Of a stretch of DNA of 64,000 nt, positions 1-8,688 are shown piece by piece. A model generated the notes under the pieces. That model did no database searches and was not told the DNA's origin. It saw nothing but the letters and a program-made list of their open reading frames with translations. The first letter of the stretch is position 1, and each line of letters begins with the position of its first letter. The DNA is from an uncultured bacterium (lineage in GTDB: Bacteria; Krumholzibacteriota; Krumholzibacteriia; LZORAL124-64-63), in NCBI GenBank assembly GCA_963727525.1, contig CAVSGO010000005.1:512001-576000 (forward strand), written 5' to 3'. The position numbers were made by a program, and so were the translations under genes.

Positions 1-2
1 AC

Positions 3-455
3 GGCGTCCGGCGCGGTGCCGTCCTCGAAGAGTTCGAGGTCGGGCTGATGCCCGTAGTTGAGCTGGAAATCTGCCGAGCCCTTGAGCGCGATCACCAGCG
101 TGTCGCCGGCAGCGATCGTCATCCCGTCGGGGAAGCGGCAGTGGAAGTTGCCCGACGAGCTGGCGCCGACGCCACCGTCCTGGACGATGGTCCAGTAGAA
201 CCTGTCGAGCGAGACGTCCTGCGTGGTGGCGATGTAGACGTCGGAAAGATCGACGTCGGCGGCGGTCGGATTGGCGATCTCGATGAACGGACTGCCGTAG
301 TACGTGGGCGGCCGCGGTTCCCGCTCCCTCACAACGATTTCCGTGAGGACGAGATGGTCGGCTGCGGCCCGGACGACGGGCACGACCGCGAGGCCGCTGA
401 CCACCGCCAGGACCAGACCGAGGGTCCGCGGCGTGAGACGACGGCAAGATGTCAT
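3..455 (-). CDS. Secreted lamin-tail-domain-like protein, partial (runs off the left edge; not in ORF track)
   Basis: Manual translation from ATG at 455 with AAGGAG RBS: MTSCRRLTPRTLGLVLAVVSGLAVVPVVRAAADHLVLTEIVVRE...SPFIEIANPTAADVDLSDVYI...FPDGMTIAAGDTLVIA. Signal peptide plus LTD-like 'lvitEi..FIEiaNpt..vDLs' pattern; no stop before the edge. Confidence 0.75.
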   Translation of the reverse strand, partial: MTSCRRLTPRTLGLVLAVVSGLAVVPVVRAAADHLVLTEIVVREREPRPPTYYGSPFIEIANPTAADVDLSDVYIATTQDVSLDRFYWTIVQDGGVGASSSGNFHCRFPDGMTIAAGDTLVIALKGSADFQLNYGHQPDLELFEDGTAPDA

Positions 456-566
456 CGGGACACTCTCCTTCGGAGGCTTCTGCGCAATGAGGACGCTTAG
501 GATAGTTGGGGGGGTGGGGCCAGGCAAGTCGTTAATCTCCCGCATGCCGTGGTCCGCGCGCTGCGA

Positions 567-1040
567 TCAGGCGGGAAAACGGCTCTCGGTCTCGGCGAGG
601 GCGTCGCGCAGGTCGTCGGGGCTCTCGGCCTTACGCAATGCCGACAGGAGCTGACCGCTACGCACGAGGCGGGTGAGGCGGGCCAGCACCCGCAGCATCT
701 GGCGCGGATCGTCGCGCGGGCCGACGATGAGGATGACGACGTCGACCGGCAACGCATCGTCGCCGTCGGGATCGGGGGCGAGCGGGGTGACGAGGGTGGC
801 CAGGGCGAGGTGAACGCGGTCGACGCCCGCGAACCGGGCATGTGGCAGCGCTAGACCTTCTCCCACCGACGTGGAACTCTCCTCCTCGCGGCGAAGGATC
901 TCCTCGACCAGGGCTTCGGGCTCCTTCAGGCCCAGGGAGGCGACGAGGGCCGACACCAGCAGACGCATCAACTCGGCGCGGTCGTGGCACTCGAGCCGCG
1001 GCAGGAATGCCCCTTCTGTTGTATAGTCCACCAGCTTCAT
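567..1040 (-). CDS. PTS EIIA domain protein (fructose/nitrogen-regulatory type)
   Basis: RE..ST..GEGLALPHAR phospho-His motif; start trimmed to MKLVDY at 1040. Confidence 0.85.
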   Translation of the reverse strand: MKLVDYTTEGAFLPRLECHDRAELMRLLVSALVASLGLKEPEALVEEILRREEESSTSVGEGLALPHARFAGVDRVHLALATLVTPLAPDPDGDDALPVDVVILIVGPRDDPRQMLRVLARLTRLVRSGQLLSALRKAESPDDLRDALAETESRFPA

Positions 1041-1103
1041 GGCACCGAACTTATAGGGGCAGAGGCGTCCTGTCCAGTTTCCCACGGGAGTTCAGGGATT
1101 TTC

Positions 1104-2624
1104 GTGCACGATCCATTCGCACCGCTGGTTCGCAAGAAGCGACTGGCCGCGGCCCTCGCCGGGCTCGGTCGTCGCGTGCAACGACCATGGCGACCGTCCC
1201 GTATCGCGCCGGGACGCGCCGGACCCCCCAACCTGTTGATCATCGGCGTCGACACGCTGCGCTGGGACCACCTGAGCCTCGCCGGCTACCCCCGACCCAC
1301 CTCGCCGCGGCTGGACACGCTGGCGCGGGGCGGTTGCGTCTTCACCGACGTCATGGCGGCGGCGCCCTGGACCCTGCCTTCCTTCGCCAGCGCCCTCACC
1401 GGGCTGATGCCGGGCCTGCACGGGGGCCGCCTCGTGGGCGCGTTGCGCAACATGGACGAGCAACCGCCGCAGCGGCTGGACGACCGCGTGGTCTCGCTGG
1501 CCGGCCACCTGCGCCGGCACGGCTACCGTACCGCCGCGTTCTACGCCAACGCCTACTTCACGTTCGGTCTGGCCGAGAGCTTCGACGACCATACGTACGT
1601 CAACCTGCCCGCGGCCGAGGTCTGCGCCCGGGCCGCCGACTGGATGCGCCGCCATGGCGACCGGCCCTTCGTCTGCTTCCTGCTGCTCAACGACCCCCAT
1701 GAACCCACCACGCCGCCGCCCGCGGACCTGCACGCCATGCTCACCACGCTCGCGGACGCCGAACCGCAGCCGTCGCCCGAGCGGCTGCGCGGCCTGGCCA
1801 CCTGGGGCAGCCCCGGGTCGCCGGATTCCCACCTCGGTCTCTCGCCGTGGCCGCTACCGGAGTCGATCCGGCATCTGCAGCGACTCAAGGTCGCGATCTA
1901 CGACGCCACGATCCGTGCCGTCGACCGCGCCATCGGCGACCTCGCCGACCAGCTCGCACGCTGGCATCTGGACACCTGCACGATCACCACGGTGTTCAGC
2001 GACCACGGGGAGGAGTTCCTCGACCACGCGGCCGAAGCCCATGCCTGGGGCCACGATCCCCGCCGGATACGCGGCATCGGGCATGGCCACACGCAGTTCC
2101 AGGAGCTGCTGCACGTGCCGTGGCTGAGCTGGGGCCCGGGAGTCCCGGTGGGCACGGTCTGGGAGCGGCCAGTGTCGCTGTGCGATCTCGCCCCCACCCT
2201 GCTCGACTGGTCGGGCAACCCGCCCCTGCCACTACCCGCACCGGCGTGTACGGGACTGGTGGGACAGTCGCTGGCACCGCTGGTCGGCGCACCCGACGAC
2301 GTGACGATCGCCGGGCGCTGGCTGCTGGCCGAGGCCCTCGCGTTCGGCCCCGACCTCGTGGCGGTGCGCCGCGGCCGCTGGAAGCTCATCGCCCATCGCG
2401 ACGGACGCCCCCTCGGGCTCTACGACCTCGCGGACGACCCCACAGAGCGCGACGACCGGCAGCACCTGCACGCCGATATCCTGCGCGATATGCAGGGCCA
2501 CCTCTCGCGGTGGCGTCAGGCTACCGGCAAGGCCGACCCGGCGCCCCCGGGCAAATCGGCGGCCTGGAGCGACTTCGACGACGAGGTGCGCAAGCGATTG
2601 CGGGATCTGGGCTATGGGGAGTAG
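1104..2624 (+). CDS. Sulfatase-like hydrolase/transferase (alkaline phosphatase superfamily)
   Basis: PNLLIIGVDTLRWDHL, PWTLPSFASALTG, DPHEP, SDHGEEF, GHGH..ELLHVP motifs; probable GTG start at 1104. Confidence 0.85.
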   Translation: MHDPFAPLVRKKRLAAALAGLGRRVQRPWRPSRIAPGRAGPPNLLIIGVDTLRWDHLSLAGYPRPTSPRLDTLARGGCVFTDVMAAAPWTLPSFASALTGLMPGLHGGRLVGALRNMDEQPPQRLDDRVVSLAGHLRRHGYRTAAFYANAYFTFGLAESFDDHTYVNLPAAEVCARAADWMRRHGDRPFVCFLLLNDPHEPTTPPPADLHAMLTTLADAEPQPSPERLRGLATWGSPGSPDSHLGLSPWPLPESIRHLQRLKVAIYDATIRAVDRAIGDLADQLARWHLDTCTITTVFSDHGEEFLDHAAEAHAWGHDPRRIRGIGHGHTQFQELLHVPWLSWGPGVPVGTVWERPVSLCDLAPTLLDWSGNPPLPLPAPACTGLVGQSLAPLVGAPDDVTIAGRWLLAEALAFGPDLVAVRRGRWKLIAHRDGRPLGLYDLADDPTERDDRQHLHADILRDMQGHLSRWRQATGKADPAPPGKSAAWSDFDDEVRKRLRDLGYGE

Positions 2625-3070
2625 GTCGGGCCGAGGCTCGGCAGGAGCGCGTCCAGTATCCGTCCGTGATCGAAGGCGAGTGGCGGCAGGGCGTCGAGGG
2701 GGAACCAATCGGCCGCAGCGGCGTCGTCGCCGCCCACGACCGGCGGCGCCTCGCCGTCGAGTTCGACCACGTAGACCACCGACACGGTGTGGCCGCGCGG
2801 ATCGCGGTCCGGAGCGCCGAAGGTGTGGAACTGGCGCAGAGCGAGTCCGTCCAGCCCGGTCTCCTCGCGGAGTTCGCGCGCCACGGCGAGATCGGGATCC
2901 TCCCCGTAATCCACGAACCCTCCCGGGAGCGCCCACTGGCCCGCGAAAGGGTCGCGGCCGCGCTGCACGAGCAGCACGCGGTCGCGCCCTGTCGCCTCCG
3001 CCGCGCCCTCACGGCAGAGGACGACCGCGTCGACGGTCAGGGCCGGTCTGCGGTAACCGTCATCGCTCAC
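2612..3070 (-). CDS. NUDIX hydrolase
   Basis: WALPGGFVDYGEDPDLAVARELREETGL Nudix box, RDPRGH, LAFDH; GTG start overlaps the STAS gene stop (GTGA). Confidence 0.9.
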   Translation of the reverse strand: MSDDGYRRPALTVDAVVLCREGAAEATGRDRVLLVQRGRDPFAGQWALPGGFVDYGEDPDLAVARELREETGLDGLALRQFHTFGAPDRDPRGHTVSVVYVVELDGEAPPVVGGDDAAAADWFPLDALPPLAFDHGRILDALLPSLGPTYSP

Positions 3071-3417
3071 TTCGAGTCGACCGCAAACGACGCCAGCGCG
3101 GCTTCCTGGGTGTCGAACGTGTCGAAGACGAGCTTGAGCTGGGTCACGTTCAGGATGTTGTCGATCCGCTCGCTCACCGCACAGATCTTGAGGCGGCCGT
3201 CGTTCTTCTTGAGCGTATGGAAGGCCGAGACCAGGATGCCCAGCCCGGTGGAGTTGATCCACGTGACCTTGGACATGTTCATCAGGATATCGACGTGCCC
3301 CTCCTTGATCAGGGTCTTCACCTCGCCCTGCAACTTCTCGTAGTCGGGACCACCCATGATCTTGCCGCCGAGATTCAGAACCATGACCTCGCCCATATTC
3401 TGCTTCGAGATGTTCAT
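3067..3417 (-). CDS. STAS-domain anti-sigma factor antagonist
   Basis: MNISKQNMGEVMVLNLGG...VTWINSTGLGILV (phospho-Ser motif); RBS upstream. Confidence 0.9.
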   Translation of the reverse strand: MNISKQNMGEVMVLNLGGKIMGGPDYEKLQGEVKTLIKEGHVDILMNMSKVTWINSTGLGILVSAFHTLKKNDGRLKICAVSERIDNILNVTQLKLVFDTFDTQEAALASFAVDSK

Positions 3418-3590
3418 CGCTGACTCCCTTGGACACGCTCCGGCTGTCTCCGCCCGTAGATTCGGCGCAATGCGTAGAATGGGGAGAAACGACGTCCAGC
3501 GCAACCCTCGACTGGACCTCCCCGGGGCGGTTTTGGTACATTGGCATCAACTGCCACGACCCCCGTGGATGCGTCGGGAGGACGCGAACC

Positions 3591-5054
3591 ATGCCCACCG
3601 TGCGTCCCGCTGTCCTTGCCGGCACCTGGTACCCCGCCCAGCCGGGGCCACTGCGCAATCACGTCGCCTCGTACCTCGCCATGAGTGAACGCAGCGACCA
3701 GCCGCAGGGCAAGCCCAGGATCGCCGTGGTCCCGCACGCCGGCTACCGGCACAGCGGACCCACCGCCGGCAAGCTCTACGGCCTGCTCGCCGGATTTGCC
3801 TACGACGCGGTATTCATCCTCGCGCCGAGCCATCGCGCGCGTCTGCGGCGCGCCGCGCTGTCGAGCATGACAGCGTATGCCACGCCGCTCGGCGAGGTGC
3901 CCGTGGCCGTGGATATCGTGCAGACGCTGGCGGCCACGCCGTACTTCGACATCGACGACGGCGCCCACGCGATGGAGCACGCGGTGGAAATCCAGCTGCC
4001 GCTGCTGCAGTGCGCGCTGCCGGCCGGCACGCCGATCGTCCCCATCCTCGTCCCCCATCTCGACCGCGCGTCGCGGCTGCACACTGCCGGCACCCTCGAC
4101 CCCTGGCGGGATGCCCGGCATCTGTTCCTCATCTCGAGCGATTTCACCCACTATGGCGACGAGTACGGCTTCGTGCCGTTCACGGATGACGTACCGCAGC
4201 GGATCGAACAGCTCGACACGGGGGCGATCCTGAAGATCCTGGCTCACGACAGCGACGGGCTCATCGAGTACGGCTCGGCCACCGGCATCACGATGTGCGG
4301 CCTCGACGCCGCGGCCGTCGTGCTGCTGGGCGCGCCGCCGGCCGGCTACGAGGCCGCGCTCCTCGGCTACGCGCGAAGCGCCGACGACGATCCCGGCGCG
4401 ACGATGTCCGTGAGCTACGCCGCCATCGTACTCTGCGCCGACGACGACGCCGTCGCCCCTGGCGCCACGCCGGGGCCGGCCGCATTCACACCGCCGGAAC
4501 GCGCGTTCCTGCTCGACCTGGCGCGGGCGGCCGTCACCGCGGCGGCGCGCGGGCACACCGCCCCATCGGCCGCGAGTTTCGCCGCGATGCGCGGCATCGC
4601 CCTCGGGACCGCGCTCCAGGCACGGCGGGGCGTTTTCGTCACGCTCAACGACCGCGGCGGGCACCTGAGAGGCTGCATCGGCACGATCGAGGGCGAGCTT
4701 CCAGTGGTCGATGCGGTGGTCGACAGCGCCACCGGCGCCGCCCTGGCCGACCCACGATTCGTCCCGCTGCGCGAGTCCGAGCTTGACGGGACCACGATCG
4801 AGGTTTCCATACTGACTCCCACGCGGGCGGTGCCCGGCCCGCAGGCGATCGAGATCGGCCGGCACGGGATCGTGCTGCGCAAGGGAAGGCGCAAGGCCGT
4901 GTTCCTACCTCATGTCGCGCCGCAGCAGGGCTGGGACCTCGCGACGACTCTCGACCATCTGGCCATCAAGGCGGGCCTGGCGGCCGACGGTTGGCGCAAC
5001 GGAAGCGAATTCCACGTTTTCGAGGCCGAAATCCTCGGCGAGGAGCGGGATTGA
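3591..5054 (+). CDS. AmmeMemoRadiSam system protein B (MEMO-like) fused to protein A (AMMECR1-like)
   Basis: N-half RPAVLAGTWYP, PHAGY..SG, EHAVEIQLP, SSDFTHYG, TMCG; C-half GVFVTL...LRGCIG, DPRF, IEVSIL, GRHGI, FLPHV, KAGL. Confidence 0.92.
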   Translation: MPTVRPAVLAGTWYPAQPGPLRNHVASYLAMSERSDQPQGKPRIAVVPHAGYRHSGPTAGKLYGLLAGFAYDAVFILAPSHRARLRRAALSSMTAYATPLGEVPVAVDIVQTLAATPYFDIDDGAHAMEHAVEIQLPLLQCALPAGTPIVPILVPHLDRASRLHTAGTLDPWRDARHLFLISSDFTHYGDEYGFVPFTDDVPQRIEQLDTGAILKILAHDSDGLIEYGSATGITMCGLDAAAVVLLGAPPAGYEAALLGYARSADDDPGATMSVSYAAIVLCADDDAVAPGATPGPAAFTPPERAFLLDLARAAVTAAARGHTAPSAASFAAMRGIALGTALQARRGVFVTLNDRGGHLRGCIGTIEGELPVVDAVVDSATGAALADPRFVPLRESELDGTTIEVSILTPTRAVPGPQAIEIGRHGIVLRKGRRKAVFLPHVAPQQGWDLATTLDHLAIKAGLAADGWRNGSEFHVFEAEILGEERD

Positions 5055-5177
5055 ATGCCGGCACGTGAAAATCGTTTGTTCGCGGAGGGCTGTGGGGCTA
5101 TTTTGGGCGGTCGGCAAGATGCCGCCGCGAACGTCCCCGATCCCCCGCTACCTAGCCCGAACCCGGTGACGGAGAGC

Positions 5178-6356
5178 ATGGGCCTTCTGGACAAGTGCCG
5201 GAAATTCCGGACCGCCCGCGACCTGATGGACGCAGGGCTCTACAATTACTTTCGCACCATCGAATCGGCCCAGGAGAACACGGTCCGGTATAAAGGTCAC
5301 GAAGTCATCATGCTGGGCAGCAACAACTACCTGGGGTTGACCAATCATCCCAAGGTGAAGGAAGCGGCCCAGCTGGCCATCGCCAAGTACGGCACGGGTT
5401 GCGCGGGTTCACGTTTCCTCAACGGCACGCTCGACATCCACGTGGAGCTCGAGCAGAAGCTCGCCGCCCTCGTGGGCAAGGAGCGCGCCCAGCTCTTCTC
5501 CACGGGATTCTTCGCGAACCTGGGCACCATCTCCACCATCGTGGGCCGCAACGACGTGGCCATCGTCGACCGCACCGACCATGCCTCCATCATCGACGGC
5601 ACCCGCATGAGTTTCGGCCGCGTGGCGAAGTACAAGCACCAGGACATGGAGAGCCTGGAGTACCTGCTGCAGCGCGAGCGGGAGACGGACAAGCTGGTCA
5701 TCGTCGACGGCGTGTTCTCCATGGAGGGCGACATCGCGCGCCTGCCGGACATCGTCGCGCTGTCCAAGCAGTACGGCGCGCAGACCATGGTGGACGATGC
5801 GCACGGCCTTGGTGTGCTCGGTGACCATGGGCGCGGCACCTGCAACCATTTCGGGCTCACCGACGACGTCGACATCATCGTCGGAACCTTCAGCAAGAGC
5901 CTGGCCTCCGTGGGTGGCTTCGTGGCGGCCGACGCCGACACGATCCACTACATCCAGCACCTCGCCCGTGTGCTCATCTTCTCGGCCAGCCCGCCGCCCG
6001 CGTCGGTGGCCTCGGTCTCGGCCGCCATCGACGTGATGCTCGAGGAAGACTGGCGACACGAGGCCCTGTGGCGCAACACGCACATCATGCTGGAGCGGCT
6101 GCGCGGCGCCGGCTTCGATACCGGCCCCAGCGAGACGCCGGTGATCCCCGCCGTCGTCGGCGACGACCAGATCGCCTTCAAGATGTGCGTGCGCTGTTTC
6201 GATGAGGGCGTGTTCATCAACCCGGTGGTGTCGCCCGCCGTGGAACCGGGGCATGCGCTGATCCGGCTCAGCCTCATGGCCACTCACACCGAGGACGAGA
6301 TCCACAAGGCCATGGACATCATGACGAAGGTGGGCAAGGACCTCGGGGTGGTCTGA
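5178..6356 (+). CDS. spt: Serine palmitoyltransferase-like alpha-oxoamine synthase (PLP)
   Basis: GSNNYLGL, GTGCAGSRFLNGT, DHASI, VDDAHG, GTFSKSLAS (PLP Lys motif typical of bacterial SPT); context with ceramide synthase/reductase-like genes. Confidence 0.8.
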   Translation: MGLLDKCRKFRTARDLMDAGLYNYFRTIESAQENTVRYKGHEVIMLGSNNYLGLTNHPKVKEAAQLAIAKYGTGCAGSRFLNGTLDIHVELEQKLAALVGKERAQLFSTGFFANLGTISTIVGRNDVAIVDRTDHASIIDGTRMSFGRVAKYKHQDMESLEYLLQRERETDKLVIVDGVFSMEGDIARLPDIVALSKQYGAQTMVDDAHGLGVLGDHGRGTCNHFGLTDDVDIIVGTFSKSLASVGGFVAADADTIHYIQHLARVLIFSASPPPASVASVSAAIDVMLEEDWRHEALWRNTHIMLERLRGAGFDTGPSETPVIPAVVGDDQIAFKMCVRCFDEGVFINPVVSPAVEPGHALIRLSLMATHTEDEIHKAMDIMTKVGKDLGVV

Positions 6357-6383
6357 ACGCCGCCCCACCGCCCGTACGACCTC

Positions 6384-6422
6384 CGACCCCCGGTCCCCGA
6401 TCGGGGGTCGCGTCTTTGTTTC
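6384..6422 (+). terminator. Candidate intrinsic terminator after spt
   Basis: CGACCCCCGGT...ATCGGGGGTCG stem followed by CGTCTTTGTTT. Confidence 0.5.
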
Positions 6423-6511
6423 TCCGACCCCGGCAGTTGACGATTGTCCCGTGACGCGGTAAGTCTTTGTCCTGCACCACACGCCCGTCGTCCACGAACC
6501 AGGGAGCCGTC

Positions 6512-7642
6512 ATGCCCATCGCTATTGAGCCCGTGCGCAGCAAGGCCGATCTCGACGCGTTCCTGCGCGTCCCCTACACGGTGTACGGGATCGACCATCC
6601 GCAGTACGTCTATCCGCTGCTCGGGCACATGAAGCAGTTCCTCGATCCGCAGAAGAATCCGTTCTTCCGCCATGCGGAGACCGAGAAGTGGATCGCGCGG
6701 GACGAAGGCGGCAAGGTGGTAGGTCGCATCGCGGCGGCCGTCGACCACACGAGCAACCAGTACCACGATGAGCTGGTGGGATTCTTCGGCTTCTACGAGT
6801 GCACGGACGACCTTGCCGTGGCGCACGCCCTGCTGGGTACCGCCCGGCGCTGGATCGCCGATCACGAACTGGCGACCATGCGGGGCCCGGGCTGCTTCAC
6901 CACCAATCACGACTACCTCGGCCTGCTCGTGCAGGGCTACGACGAGCGGCCGCTCATCGGCATGCCATGGCAGCCGCCCTACTACCAGCAGCATTTCGAG
7001 GATTTCGGCTTGCAGAAATCCAAGGATCTTTGGGCCTGGGACATCCACCCCGCCGACAACGTCATCCCCGAGCGCATCGTGCGCTTCTCCGAGCGCATCA
7101 AGGCGCGGCAGACGTTCACCATCCGTCGCTTCCGCATGAAGAAGTTCTGGGAGGACGTGGAGACGGTGCGCGAGATCTACTCGGCCGCCTGGGCCGACAA
7201 CTGGGGTTTCGTACCCATGGACGAGGTGGAGTTCCGGTACGCCGCCAAGGACATGAAGAGCATGGTCGACCCGGGCTTCCTCCTCATCGCCGAGATCGGC
7301 GACGAACCCATCGGTTTCTGCATGACCACCCAAGACTTCCACGAGGCCATGTACCCGCTGAAAGGTCGACTGCTGCCGTTCGGATGGTTGAAATTCCTGC
7401 TCGCTAAGGGCAAGATCAAGCGGGCGCGCACATTGCTGCTGGGGGTCAAGCCGGAACACCGGTCGAGGGGAGTCGACGTGCTCCTGGTCTACGAGACGAT
7501 GAAGTACGGCATCGGGCGCGGCATCAACCGCAGCCAGTGCTCGTGGATCCTCGAGGACAATGTCGGCATGAACCGCATCCTCGAGAACTACGGCGCCACC
7601 GTATCCAACGTGTATCGTATCTACGAAATGCCGGCCCCATGA
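6512..7642 (+). CDS. GNAT-fold protein resembling bacterial ceramide synthase (bCerS)
   Basis: NPFFRHA, VVGRIAA, GFFGFYE, RGP, GLLVQGY, PPYY, WADNWGFVPM, LGVKPEHR, SWILEDN..M motifs; directly downstream of spt. Confidence 0.75.
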   Translation: MPIAIEPVRSKADLDAFLRVPYTVYGIDHPQYVYPLLGHMKQFLDPQKNPFFRHAETEKWIARDEGGKVVGRIAAAVDHTSNQYHDELVGFFGFYECTDDLAVAHALLGTARRWIADHELATMRGPGCFTTNHDYLGLLVQGYDERPLIGMPWQPPYYQQHFEDFGLQKSKDLWAWDIHPADNVIPERIVRFSERIKARQTFTIRRFRMKKFWEDVETVREIYSAAWADNWGFVPMDEVEFRYAAKDMKSMVDPGFLLIAEIGDEPIGFCMTTQDFHEAMYPLKGRLLPFGWLKFLLAKGKIKRARTLLLGVKPEHRSRGVDVLLVYETMKYGIGRGINRSQCSWILEDNVGMNRILENYGATVSNVYRIYEMPAP

Positions 7643-8688
7643 GCGCGGGCGGGACGCGCTCTCCCACGCCCGAAGCCGGTGGGATGATCGCCGTCACCGG
7701 CGCCACCGGGTTCCTCGGCAGCCATATCTGCGACATCCTGATGCAGCGCGGCTATCGCATCCGCGCGGCCGCGCGCGCCACGAGCGACCTGCGCTGGCTG
7801 CGCGGCAAGCCGATCGAGGTGGCGACGGTGGACCTCGCGGACAGCGCCCGCGTGCGCGCGTTCGTGACAGCCTGCGATGCCGTCGTGCACTGCGCCGGCC
7901 GCGTGTCCGGGTCCGGCGAGGACGACTACCAGCAAGCCAACGTCGTGCCCACGCGGACTCTGCTGGAAGCGGCGTCGCTCGAACGCGCGCCGGGCTGCTT
8001 CGTCTACGTCTCGTCGCTGGCCGCGCACGGTCCGGCGGGGCCGCAGGCGCCGGCGACCGAGGACGGTCCGCTGCAGCCCGTCTCGGCCTACGGCCGGAGC
8101 AAGCGCGACGCCGAATCCCTCGTGCACGGGCGCCCCTGGCCGTTTCGCGTGGTGACGCTGCGGCCGCCGTCCCTCTACGGCCCGCGCGACCGTGAATTCC
8201 TGCCGCTCTTCAAGGCCGCCAGCCGCGGCTGGACGGCGACCCTGGGCAACTTGCAGGCCATCTCCCTCGTGGACGGACGCGACGCGGCGAGCGCTGCCGT
8301 GTCGCTGATGGAGACACCGGATACGCACGGCGCCTACTTCGTCGACGACGGCGTCGACGAGGACGGCAAGGAGGCGGCACGCCGGCGCCTGGCCTGGGGC
8401 TACACCTGGGACGAGATCCACTACGCCCTGGCCGTGGTCTGGCGACGACGCGTGCGCGAGCTGACTCTGCCCATGCCGCTGCTGCGCGCTGCGGCGGTCG
8501 TGATGCCCTCGCGCTGGCGTCGGTCGGCCGCCCTGCTGAGCGACGACCGGCTGCGGGATCTCGGCGCCCAGGGCTGGGTGTGCAGTGCGGCCCGGCTGCG
8601 CCGCGAGACCGCCTGGCGCCCCCGCCACGACCTGGTCGCTGGATTCCAGGACACGCGCGATTTCTTCGAGCGCAACGGATGGTTGTGA
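7639..8688 (+). CDS. NAD-dependent epimerase/dehydratase-family SDR, likely ceramide reductase (CerR-like)
   Basis: VTGATGFLG Rossmann motif, VSSLAA, YGRSK (YxxxK), RPPSLYGPRDRE; ATGA overlap with the upstream gene (alternative start 7684). Confidence 0.75.
   Translation: MSAGGTRSPTPEAGGMIAVTGATGFLGSHICDILMQRGYRIRAAARATSDLRWLRGKPIEVATVDLADSARVRAFVTACDAVVHCAGRVSGSGEDDYQQANVVPTRTLLEAASLERAPGCFVYVSSLAAHGPAGPQAPATEDGPLQPVSAYGRSKRDAESLVHGRPWPFRVVTLRPPSLYGPRDREFLPLFKAASRGWTATLGNLQAISLVDGRDAASAAVSLMETPDTHGAYFVDDGVDEDGKEAARRRLAWGYTWDEIHYALAVVWRRRVRELTLPMPLLRAAAVVMPSRWRRSAALLSDDRLRDLGAQGWVCSAARLRRETAWRPRHDLVAGFQDTRDFFERNGWL

Noticed and set aside
5178-6356. Annotation as BioF or Kbl
   Set aside because: The GTFSKS motif and ceramide-pathway neighbours favour SPT and no bio or tdh genes are nearby; not formally excluded.
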